From: Nocardioidaceae bacterium
GTDB lineage: Bacteria > Actinomycetota > Actinomycetes > Propionibacteriales > Nocardioidaceae
Reading direction: 5' to 3'
DNA length: 40,749 nucleotides
Assembly (NCBI GenBank): GCA_033854925.1
Contig: JAWWPK010000120.1
Span: forward strand, 1 to 40,749
Shown in pieces: positions 19,026 through 27,694 of this stretch. Every line of letters begins with the position of its first letter. The stretch's first letter is position 1. The notes below the pieces were generated by a model that made no database searches, was not told the origin of the DNA, and was given only the letters and a program-made list of their open reading frames with translations. The position numbers and the translations under genes are program-made.

Positions 19026-19074
19026 AACGGGCAAGAAATTCTGCCCGAATGCTTGGCAACGTGCCCGATTGTGT
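19026..19074. promoter_or_regulatory. Repeated TGCCCG(A/T) boxes, candidate DeoR operators upstream of mtlA and the dehydrogenase
   Basis: TGCCCGAAT 19042-19050, TGCCCGATT 19062-19070 and inverted AACGGGCA 19026-19033. A related CCCGAATG sits at 16147. Confidence 0.45.
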
Positions 19075-19135
19075 GCAGACTGACGCCAATTGGTCGTGAC
19101 GGGCGTCACGTCCAGCACGACGAGAGGGAAACCAG

Positions 19136-21136
19136 ATGGCCTCGACCACAGCAGCGCCCCGCACCGGGGCGCGCGTCCACGTGCAGAAGTTCGGCACCTT
19201 CCTGTCCAACATGGTGCTGCCCAACATCGGCGCCTTCATCGCCTGGGGCCTGATCACCGCCCTGTTCATCCAGACGGGTTGGATCACGCTGGTCGGCGAC
19301 AAGATCTTCGGCTACCCGCCCGGTATCGGGAAGGGCCTCTACGACTACGGCTTCGTCTCCAAGCTCGGCGGCTGGGACGGTGTGCACGGCGGCATCGTCG
19401 GCCCGATGATCACCTACCTGCTGCCGATCCTGATCGGCTACACCGGCGGGCGGATGGCCTACGGCGAGGACAACATCCGCGGCGGCGTCGTGGGCGCCAT
19501 CGCCACGATGGGTGCGGTGGCCGGCGCGGACGTCCCGATGTTCCTCGGCGCGATGGTCATGGGTCCGCTCGGTGGCTGGTCGATGCGCAAGTGGGACAAG
19601 GTCTGGGACGGCAAGATCAAGCCCGGCTTCGAGATGCTGGTCAACAACTTCTCGGCCGGCATCTGGGGCATGGTCCTGGCCATCGTCGGCTTCGCACTGG
19701 CCGGCCCGTTCGTGGAGCAGTTCTCGAAGTACGCCGGCAAGGCCGTCGACAACCTCGTCGCCCACAACCTGATGCCGCTGGCCTCGATCTTCGTCGAGCC
19801 GGCGAAGGTGCTGTTCCTCAACAACGCGATCAACCACGGCGTCTTCACCCCGCTGGGCATCGACCAGGCGGCCAAGAACGGCCATTCGCTGCTCTTCCTC
19901 GTCGAGGCCAACCCCGGCCCCGGCGCCGGACTGCTGCTGGCGTTCATGTTCTTCGGCAAGGGCGTTGCGAAGTCCACGGCTCCCGGCGCCCTGCTGATCC
20001 AGTTCGTCGGCGGCATCCACGAGATCTACTTCCCCTACGTCCTGATGAAGCCGAAGCTGATCATCGCCGTGATCCTCGGCGGCATGACCGGCGTCGCCAC
20101 CAACCAGGCCCTGGACACCGGCCTGCGCGCACCCGCATCGCCAGGCTCGATCATCGCGGTCTGGCTGCAAGCACCCGCCAGCAGCCTGCTGGGCGTGACG
20201 CTGTCGGTGCTCTTCGCCGGGGCCGTGAGCTTTGCGGTGGCGAGCTTCCTGCTCAAGATCGAGAAGGACGACGTCGAGGGCGACCTCGTTGCCGCCACGG
20301 CGTCCATGGAGGGCATGAAGGGCAAGAGGTCGGTGGCCTCCTCGGTGCTGGCCGGCGGCCGCACCGGTGAGATCCGCTCGATCGTGTTCGCCTGCGACGC
20401 CGGCATGGGCTCCTCGGCCATGGGCGCCTCGGTGCTGCGGAAGAAGATCCAGGCCGCGGGCCACCCGGAGGTCACCGTCGTCAACAAGGCGATCTCCAGC
20501 CTCAGCGACACCTACGACCTCGTGGTCACCCACCAGGACCTCACCGAGCGGGCCACCCAGAAGACCCCGTCGGCGATCCAGGTCTCCGTGGACAACTTCA
20601 TGGCCAGTCCCAAGTACGACGAGATCGTCGAGCTGATCGACCAGTCCAGCGCCGGGGGTGGTGGGGCGGACCCAAAAGCGGGGTCGGCACCAGCCTCGTC
20701 GACGGGTGAGGTCCTGAGCCGGGACTCGATCGTGCTCGGCGGTACGGCGACCAGCCGGGACGCGGCGATCACCGAGGCCGGCAACCTGCTGGTCGCGGCC
20801 GGCGCCGTCGACCCGACGTACGTCGACGCGATGCACGAGCGGGAGAAGTCGGTGTCCACGGCGATGGGCAACAGCCTCGCGATCCCGCACGGCACCAACG
20901 AGGCCAAGGGGCTGATCAGGCGCACCGGCATCTCGTTCGTGAGGTACGACGAGCCGATCGACTGGAACGGCAAGCCCGCGGAGTTCGTGCTCGGGATCGC
21001 GGGGGCGGGCGACGACCACCTGGCCCTGCTGTCGCGAATTGCGGAGACCTTCACCGACCTGGACGCCGTCGCCCGGCTCCGGGCGGCGACGACGCCGGAC
21101 GAGGTCCTCGCGGTCCTCGACGTCGTCCGGGTCTGA
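19136..21136 (+). CDS. mtlA: PTS mannitol-family EIICBA
   Basis: MVLPNIGAFIAWG, LFLNNAINHG, GGIHEIYFPY, EIIB ACDAGMGSSAM and EIIA AIPHG motifs. Confidence 0.95.
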   Translation: MASTTAAPRTGARVHVQKFGTFLSNMVLPNIGAFIAWGLITALFIQTGWITLVGDKIFGYPPGIGKGLYDYGFVSKLGGWDGVHGGIVGPMITYLLPILIGYTGGRMAYGEDNIRGGVVGAIATMGAVAGADVPMFLGAMVMGPLGGWSMRKWDKVWDGKIKPGFEMLVNNFSAGIWGMVLAIVGFALAGPFVEQFSKYAGKAVDNLVAHNLMPLASIFVEPAKVLFLNNAINHGVFTPLGIDQAAKNGHSLLFLVEANPGPGAGLLLAFMFFGKGVAKSTAPGALLIQFVGGIHEIYFPYVLMKPKLIIAVILGGMTGVATNQALDTGLRAPASPGSIIAVWLQAPASSLLGVTLSVLFAGAVSFAVASFLLKIEKDDVEGDLVAATASMEGMKGKRSVASSVLAGGRTGEIRSIVFACDAGMGSSAMGASVLRKKIQAAGHPEVTVVNKAISSLSDTYDLVVTHQDLTERATQKTPSAIQVSVDNFMASPKYDEIVELIDQSSAGGGGADPKAGSAPASSTGEVLSRDSIVLGGTATSRDAAITEAGNLLVAAGAVDPTYVDAMHEREKSVSTAMGNSLAIPHGTNEAKGLIRRTGISFVRYDEPIDWNGKPAEFVLGIAGAGDDHLALLSRIAETFTDLDAVARLRAATTPDEVLAVLDVVRV

Positions 21137-21140
21137 GAGC

Positions 21141-23294
21141 TCAGACCGGTTGGACCGTCACGGGAACGCCGTTCAGTGCGGCGTTCCCGCTGACGTCCAG
21201 CCGGTCGGGGTCGGTCAGGTCGTTGATGGACACCCCGGCCACCGTCGAGGCGTGGCGGATCCGGGTGCCGCTGACCTGGTGTCCGTAGCCGTGCGGAAGC
21301 GACACCACGCCGGGCATCACGTCGTCGACGGCGCTCACCTCGACGTCCACGCTGCCCACCCGTGACGTCACCCTGACGACGGCGCCGTCCTCGAGGCCGC
21401 GGTCGGCGAGGTCCTTGGGGTGCATGAGCAGGTGGTGCCGCGGCTTCCCGCGGGTCAGCCGTTCGGTGTTGTGCAGCCACGAGTTGCAGTCCTGCTTGTG
21501 CCGCCGGCCGATGAGGAGCAGCTCGTCCGCAGCCACCGGGTCGACAGCGTCCAGCGCGGCGTGCACACGATCGAGATCGGCCACCACGAGCTCCGGCGTC
21601 AGGTCGATCCGTTTCGTCTTCGTCTGCAGCCGATCGGGCATCGTCGGCCGCAACGGCCCCAGGTCGACGCCCTCCGGGTGCTTGCGCAGCGTCCGCATCG
21701 TCGTGCGGCGTCCGATCTTGAGCAACCCGGCGATCATCGTCGCCGGGGACGCCGCGAACCGCGCCTTGACGGCCAGCCGGTCCTTGAGCCCGGCGCCCAG
21801 CCGGGCGGTCAGCCGCTCCGCGAGCTGGGCGAAGATCTCCCAGTCGTGCCGGGCGTCGTCCGGCCGGGCGAAGACCGACGGGGTGAACCGGGCGGTGTTG
21901 CGGATCGCGAAGGCGTGGAAGATCAGGTCGTAGTGGTCGCGCTCGAGGGCGGAGGTCGGCGGCAGGATCAGGTCCGCGTGCCGGGTGGTCTCGTTGAGGT
22001 AGATGTCCACGGAGACCATGAAGTCCAGGCCGTCCAGAGCCTGCGCCAGCCCGTCCCCGCCCGGGGTCGACAGCACCGGGTTGCCGGCGACGGTCACCAT
22101 CGCCCGGATCTGCCCCTCGCCGGGCGTCTCGATCTCCTCGCGCATCACCGCGGACGGCAGCTCGCCGCCGAACTCGGGCACGTCGCGCACCCGGCTGCGC
22201 CACACGTCGTGGTGGCCGGGCCCGACGAGGCCGCGCTCGACGACGTCGATCGCGGGCTCGGGCAACAGCACGCCGCCCTCGCGGTCGAAGTTCCCGGTCA
22301 GCAGGTTCAGCAGCTGGATCGCCCACTGGCACACCGAGCCGAAGCCCTGCGTCGACACTCCCATCCGGCCGTACGCCGCCGCGGAGCCGGCGGCCGCGAA
22401 GTCGCGGGTCAGCTGGCGGATCGTGTCCGCGTCGATCCCGCTGGCCCGCTCGGCACGCTCGGGGGTGAAGGTGGCGACCAGGTCGCGCACCTCGTCCACG
22501 TGGTCGACGTACGTCGGGGGAGTGGTGAGGTCCTCCTCGAAGAGCACGTGCAGCATCGCCATCAGGACGGCCGCGTCCGAGCCGGGGCGGAGGAAGTGGT
22601 GCTCGGTGGCCACGTTGGCGGTCTCGGTGCGGCGCGGGTCGAGCACGACCAGCCGGCCACCACGGGCCTTGAGGTCGCGCATCCGCTGCGGGAAGTCCGG
22701 TGCGGTCATGAGCGAGCCGTTGGAGGCCATCGGGTTCGCGCCCAGGACCAGGAAGAAGTCGGTGCGGTCGATGTCCGGGATCGGCAGCAGCAGCTGGTGG
22801 CCGTAGAGCAGCCACGCCACGAACTGGTGGGGCAGCTGGTCGACCGACGTGGCACTGAACTTGTTGCGGGTGCGGAGGGTCTTCATGAACGGCACGCCGT
22901 GGGTGAGGAACCCGAGGGAGTGCACGTTCGGGTTGCCGACGTACATGCCCACCGCGTTGGCGCCGTGCTCGGCGATGGTGGCGGTGAGCCGATCGGCGAC
23001 CAGGTCGAACGCCTCGTCCCAGCCCAGCTCCTCCCAGGTGGCGTCGGCACCCACGCCCACCCGGCGCAGAGGCCGGCGCAACCGGTCGGGGTCGGCGTAG
23101 ACGTCGGCCATCGAGACGCCCTTGGGGCAGATGTAGCCGCGCGAGAGCGGGTCCGCCTCGTTGCCGCGGATGCCCGTGACGGTCCCGTCGGTGATCGTCA
23201 GCTCGATCCCGCAGATCGCCTCGCACAGGTTGCAGACGCCGATCCGGGTGCCGGTGAAGCCGGGCGGCACGGGATCCTCGGTGAGCAGGCCCAT
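21141..23294 (-). CDS. Molybdopterin (bis-MGD, DMSO reductase family) oxidoreductase with N-terminal 4Fe-4S motif
   Basis: CNLCEAIC...CPKG, GANP..SNGS, DPRRTETA, NETT..AD.ILP and a C-terminal molybdopterin-binding domain. No Tat signal. Start placed at ATG 23294. Confidence 0.9.
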   Translation of the reverse strand: MGLLTEDPVPPGFTGTRIGVCNLCEAICGIELTITDGTVTGIRGNEADPLSRGYICPKGVSMADVYADPDRLRRPLRRVGVGADATWEELGWDEAFDLVADRLTATIAEHGANAVGMYVGNPNVHSLGFLTHGVPFMKTLRTRNKFSATSVDQLPHQFVAWLLYGHQLLLPIPDIDRTDFFLVLGANPMASNGSLMTAPDFPQRMRDLKARGGRLVVLDPRRTETANVATEHHFLRPGSDAAVLMAMLHVLFEEDLTTPPTYVDHVDEVRDLVATFTPERAERASGIDADTIRQLTRDFAAAGSAAAYGRMGVSTQGFGSVCQWAIQLLNLLTGNFDREGGVLLPEPAIDVVERGLVGPGHHDVWRSRVRDVPEFGGELPSAVMREEIETPGEGQIRAMVTVAGNPVLSTPGGDGLAQALDGLDFMVSVDIYLNETTRHADLILPPTSALERDHYDLIFHAFAIRNTARFTPSVFARPDDARHDWEIFAQLAERLTARLGAGLKDRLAVKARFAASPATMIAGLLKIGRRTTMRTLRKHPEGVDLGPLRPTMPDRLQTKTKRIDLTPELVVADLDRVHAALDAVDPVAADELLLIGRRHKQDCNSWLHNTERLTRGKPRHHLLMHPKDLADRGLEDGAVVRVTSRVGSVDVEVSAVDDVMPGVVSLPHGYGHQVSGTRIRHASTVAGVSINDLTDPDRLDVSGNAALNGVPVTVQPV

Positions 23295-23396
23295 GTCCGG
23301 CATCGTGCCACGGTCCGGCGGAGTCGGAGCCGACCGAGTGCCCGGCATGACAATTTGGACCTTAAGTCAAGTAAGTCACTGTAGTAACGTGGGCTC

Positions 23397-24650
23397 ATGT
23401 CCTCCATCTCTCGGCCGGGGCTCACCCGTCGTTCCGTCGTCGGGGCCTCGGTGGCAGGTGGCGCGCTGGTGGCCACCACCCGGTTCGCCCCTGCCGCCCA
23501 CGCGGCGTACCCCGCGATCCTCAAGCCCACCCCGGCCAACCAGTTCGTCGACTACGGGACGAACGCCGAGATGCGCTGGGACTCGGTAGACCCGGAGTAG
23601 TACCTCACCGACCAGGCCCGGCTGTTCGTCCGCAACCACACGTCGACCCCGCTGATCGACAAGAGCACCTGGCGGCTGCGGATCTTCGGCGACGGACTGG
23701 CCACGCCGCGCGCGGAGGCCGCCGCGCTGGCGTTGTCGTACGACGACCTCCGCCGCCTTCCTCGCGTCACCGTCGAGTCGGTCCACGAGTGCACCGGCAA
23801 CGGACGCAGCTTCTTCGCCAGCCAGCAGGGGACGCCTGCCACCGGCACCGCCTGGAAGCTGGGAGCGGTCGGCACCGTCGTCTGGGAGGGCGTCCGGCTC
23901 CGCGACGTGCTGAAGCAGGCCGGACTCTCACCCGAGGCGGTCTCGATCCAGGCCACCGGGCTGGACCCCAGCTACGTCACCGGCGGCGTCGACTACGGCC
24001 CGGTCCGCCGTCCGTTCCCGGTCTCCAAGGCGCTCGACGACGCCATCCTGGCGTGGGGGATGAACGGCGCACCGCTGCTTCCCGACCACGGCTACCCGCT
24101 GCGACTCGTGCTGCCCGGCTGGGTCGGCATCGGCTCGATCAAGTGGCTGGGCTCCCTCGAGGTCGCCACCACCCAGCTCAGCTCACCGTGGAACACCAAG
24201 TGGTACGTCATGACCGGCGGCAGCTACCCGCCCGGGCAGCCGCCCCTTTCGGTCAACCCGGTGCGGTCGGCGTGGGAGCTGCCGTTCCCGGCGACGCTGG
24301 CCGCGGGCACGACCGTCACGCTCACCGGCCGCGCCTGGAGTGGACAGGCGCCGATCCGTCGGGTCGACGTCAGCCTGGACGGCGGTACGACGTGGCGCCC
24401 GGCCGACCTCCGCGACCGGCTCGACCACCACGAGCGCGGCCGGCACGAGCACCGGCACGACCACCCGGCCCTGCGCGGCTTCGGCTGGAGCCGGTTCGCC
24501 GTCACCTGGCGGCCGCCGGCCGCGGGCTCCTACGCCCTGCTGGCCAGTGCCACCGACGCGGCAGGACGCCGGCAGCCCCTCACGACACCGTTCAACGACA
24601 ACGGCTACTTCTTCGACGCCGTGGTGCGGCACCCTGTCACGGTGGTCTGA
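23397..24650 (+). pseudogene. Tat-exported sulfite oxidase-family molybdoenzyme interrupted by one in-frame TAG (23598-23600)
   Basis: ORFs 23397..23600 and 23733..24650 share a frame, and read-through gives [23 protein letters not shown] Tat signal, ECTGNGR (Mo-Cys), DHGYPLR and SIKWL motifs. Confidence 0.85.
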
Positions 24651-24694
24651 CGGGGTTTTGGGTGTGCCTGAGCCCCGCTGTTAGGCTTCATCGA

Positions 24695-24811
24695 TTGCCC
24701 ATATTGGGCGACCGCACACGTAGAACCCGCCGTGCAACGGCCGCGGATTCCAGAGTGCCCGGGTGGACCTGCCCCGGCGCGCCGCGCAGACGAGAGACCG
24801 AAGGAGCCCGC
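24695..24811 (+). promoter_or_regulatory. Probable rpsO 5' leader (S15 autoregulatory RNA)
   Basis: TAGGCT -10-like hexamer near 24681, a GC-rich structured leader (e.g. TTGCCCA/TGGGCGA stem) and SD AAGGAG. S15 leaders are established in Actinobacteria; the boundaries are inferred. Confidence 0.45.
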
Positions 24812-25087
24812 ATGTCAGTCGGAACCGACGCGGAGACCAAGACCAAGATCATCGCCGAGTACGCCACGACCGAGGGCGACACCGGCTCTCCCGAGGTGCA
24901 GATCGCGCTGCTCAGCCACCGCATCGCACACCTCACCGATCACCTCAAAGAGCACAAGCACGACCACCACAGCCGGCGTGGCCTGCTGTTGCTGGTCGGC
25001 CAGCGCCGTCGGCTGCTCAACTACCTGAGCAAGACCGAGATCGAGCGCTACCGCTCGATCGTCGAGCGTCTCGGCCTGCGCCGCTGA
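24812..25087 (+). CDS. rpsO: 30S ribosomal protein S15
   Basis: [24 protein letters not shown] and LGLRR motifs; 91 aa from ATG 24812. Confidence 0.99.
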   Translation: MSVGTDAETKTKIIAEYATTEGDTGSPEVQIALLSHRIAHLTDHLKEHKHDHHSRRGLLLLVGQRRRLLNYLSKTEIERYRSIVERLGLRR

Positions 25088-25092
25088 ACTCC

Positions 25093-25128
25093 CGGAGGAC
25101 CCGCTGGTGCGGGTCCTCCGCTACATTT
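25093..25128 (+). terminator. Intrinsic terminator-like hairpin after rpsO
   Basis: Perfect 12-bp stem CGGAGGACCCGC/GCGGGTCCTCCG with a 4-nt loop and an AT-rich tail. Confidence 0.75.
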
Positions 25129-25199
25129 CACAACTGAACACAGCTCGTCACAGCTCAACGAAGCACATCAGAAAACACACAGGAGCGACCCGCCGTTCT

Positions 25200-25290
25200 G
25201 GCTCGGTCCTCGGTAGTGGCCCTCAGAGCCCGCCCTCGCGGCACAGACCGCCATGACAGGGCTCTGCGGGCCTCGATCGAAGACCGGCCC
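25200..25290 (+). ncRNA. Actino-pnp leader RNA motif (RNase III-processed hairpin upstream of pnp)
   Basis: CGGTCCTCGGTAGTGGCCC ... GGGCCTCGATCGAAGACCG forms a long hairpin. It matches my recollection of the Actino-pnp consensus and lies in the expected position. Confidence 0.8.
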
Positions 25291-25349
25291 CCGAGACATC
25301 TCGGGCTTGCGGGACGCCGCGGATCGCTCCGCGACAGACAGGTATCCCT

Positions 25350-27617
25350 TTGACCGACAACTCTTTCGAGCCCGTCGTCTCTTCCGTCGAAACGGTTCTG
25401 GACAACGGCAAGTACGGCCAGCGCACCATCAAGTTCGAGACCGGGCTGCTGGCCCGCCAAGCAGCCGGTGCCGTCACCGCCTACCTCGACGACGACACGA
25501 TGCTGCTCTCCGCCACCACCGCGGGCAAGACGCCCAAGGAGCAGTTCGACTTCTTCCCGCTCACCATCGACGTCGAGGAGCGGATGTACGCCGCGGGCAA
25601 GATCCCCGGCTCGTTCTTCCGCTCCGAGGGTCGCCCGGGCGAGGACGCCATCCTCACCTGCCGCCTCATCGACCGCCCGCTGCGCCCGACCTTCAAGAAG
25701 GGGCTGCGCAACGAGGTCCAGGTCGTCATCACGGTCCTGGCCCTCAACCCCGACGCCCTCTACGACGTGCTGGCGATCAACGCCGCGTCGCTGTCCACCC
25801 AGCTCTCCGGCCTGCCGTTCTCCGGCCCGGTCGGCGGCGTCCGCGTCGCCCTGATCGAGGGCAACAGGGTGGCCTTCCCGAGCCACAGCCAGCTCGAGGA
25901 CGCCGTCTTCGACATGGTCGTCGCGGGCCGGGTCACCGAGACCGGCGACGTCGCGATCATGATGGTCGAGGCCGAGGCGACCGAGCGGGCCATCACCCTG
26001 ATCGAGGGCGGCGTCCAGGCGCCGACCGAGGAGATCGTGGCCGGCGGCATCGACGCTGCCAAGCCGTTCATCAAGCAGCTCTGCGAGGCGCAGAGCGAGC
26101 TGGCCAAGCAGGCCGCCAAGCCGGTCCAGGACTTCCCGGTCTTCCTCGACTACCAGGACGACGTCTACGCCGCCGTCGAGGCCGCCGCCAAGAGCGACCT
26201 CGCCGCCGCCATGACGATCGGCGACAAGGTGGAGCGCGAGGCCCGCACCGACGAGCTCAAGGCCGGCGTGCTCGACCAGCTCGGCGCCCAGTTCGAGGGC
26301 CGCGAGAAGGAGCTCGGCGCGGCGTTCCGCTCGGTCAACAAGCAGCTCGTGCGTGAGCGGGTGCTGCGCGACAAGGTGCGCATCGACGGTCGCGGCCTGG
26401 CCGACATCCGTCCGCTGCACGCCGAGGTCGGCGTGATCCCGCGGGTGCACGGTTCGGCCCTGTTCGAGCGCGGTGAGACCCAGATCCTGGGCGTCACCAC
26501 CCTCGACATGCTCAAGATGGAGCAGCAGATCGACACGCTCTCCCCGGAGCACCACCGCCGCTACATGCACAAGTACGTCTTCCCGCCGTTCTCCACCGGT
26601 GAGACCGGCCGGGTCGGCTCGCCCAAGCGCCGCGAGGTCGGCCACGGCGCCCTCGCGCGTCGGGCCCTGCTGCCGGTGCTGCCGACCCGCGAGGAGTTCC
26701 CCTACGCCATCCGCCAGCTCTCCGAGGCGATGGGCTCCAACGGCTCCACCTCGATGGGCTCGGTCTGCGCCTCGACGCTGTCCCTGCTGCAGGCCGGTGT
26801 GCCGCTCAAGGCGCCGGTCGCGGGCATCGCGATGGGACTCATCTCCGGTGAGGTCGACGGCGAGACCCAGTACGTCGCGCTGACCGACATCCTCGGAGCC
26901 GAGGACGCCTTCGGCGACATGGACTTCAAGGTCGCCGGCACCCGGCAGTTCGTCACCGCCCTGCAGCTCGACACCAAGCTCGACGGCATCCCGGCCGAGG
27001 TCCTCGCTGCAGCGCTGACCCAGGCCCGCGACGCGCGCCTGGCGATCCTCGACGTCATGGCCGAGGCCATCGACGAGCCCGAGGAGATGTCGCCGACCGC
27101 GCCGCGCATCATCACCGTCAACATCCCGGTCGACAAGATCGGCGAGGTGATCGGGCCCAAGGGCAAGATCATCAACCAGATCCAGGACGACACCGGCGCC
27201 TCGATCTCGATCGAGGACGACGGCACCATCTACATCGGGGCCACGAACGGCGAGGCCGCCCAGGCTGCGAAGGACGCGATCAACCAGATCGCCAACCCGA
27301 CGATGCCGGAGATCGGTGAGCGCTACGTGGGCACCGTCGTGAAGACGACCAACTTCGGCGCCTTCGTCTCCTTGATGCCCGGCAAGGACGGCCTGCTGCA
27401 CATCAGCAAGCTGCGTCCGCTGGCCGGCGGCAAGCGGGTCGAGAACGTCGACGACGTCGTCTCGGTCGGCCAGAAGATCCAGGTCCAGATCGCCGAGATC
27501 GACGACCGCGGCAAGCTGTCGCTGATCCCGGTCGTCGAGGACGGCGAGGGTGGCGCGGGCGACGGCGCCCCGGCCGCAGAGGTCGACGCCGAGGCTGCCG
27601 AGTCAGTCGAGGCCTGA
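25350..27617 (+). CDS. pnp: Polyribonucleotide nucleotidyltransferase (PNPase/GpsI)
   Basis: [25 protein letters not shown] and GDMDFKVAG motifs, with KH and S1 domains. Confidence 0.99.
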   Translation: MTDNSFEPVVSSVETVLDNGKYGQRTIKFETGLLARQAAGAVTAYLDDDTMLLSATTAGKTPKEQFDFFPLTIDVEERMYAAGKIPGSFFRSEGRPGEDAILTCRLIDRPLRPTFKKGLRNEVQVVITVLALNPDALYDVLAINAASLSTQLSGLPFSGPVGGVRVALIEGNRVAFPSHSQLEDAVFDMVVAGRVTETGDVAIMMVEAEATERAITLIEGGVQAPTEEIVAGGIDAAKPFIKQLCEAQSELAKQAAKPVQDFPVFLDYQDDVYAAVEAAAKSDLAAAMTIGDKVEREARTDELKAGVLDQLGAQFEGREKELGAAFRSVNKQLVRERVLRDKVRIDGRGLADIRPLHAEVGVIPRVHGSALFERGETQILGVTTLDMLKMEQQIDTLSPEHHRRYMHKYVFPPFSTGETGRVGSPKRREVGHGALARRALLPVLPTREEFPYAIRQLSEAMGSNGSTSMGSVCASTLSLLQAGVPLKAPVAGIAMGLISGEVDGETQYVALTDILGAEDAFGDMDFKVAGTRQFVTALQLDTKLDGIPAEVLAAALTQARDARLAILDVMAEAIDEPEEMSPTAPRIITVNIPVDKIGEVIGPKGKIINQIQDDTGASISIEDDGTIYIGATNGEAAQAAKDAINQIANPTMPEIGERYVGTVVKTTNFGAFVSLMPGKDGLLHISKLRPLAGGKRVENVDDVVSVGQKIQVQIAEIDDRGKLSLIPVVEDGEGGAGDGAPAAEVDAEAAESVEA

Positions 27618-27641
27618 TCCTGACCGCTCGCCTATCGCCGC

Positions 27642-27662
27642 TGCGGGTCGGCTCGACCCGCA
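27642..27662 (+). other. 9-bp hairpin after pnp (processing or pause site)
   Basis: TGCGGGTCG-gct-CGACCCGCA with no U-tract. Confidence 0.4.
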
Positions 27663-27694
27663 CGCTGCAGACGGAGACGGACGGCGCCGGACGC

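Noticed and set aside
23598-23600. Pyrrolysine or selenocysteine recoding of the in-frame stop
   Set aside because: The codon is TAG, not TGA, and is not at the catalytic Cys. No pyl genes are in the window, and other genes here use TAG as a normal stop.
23789-25087. 432-aa ORF suggesting an N-terminally extended S15
   Set aside because: Only the last 91 codons are S15, with their own SD and ATG at 24812. The same artefact affects track ORFs 14074..14910 (HPr), 30283..31665, 36387..37832 and 37070..38218.
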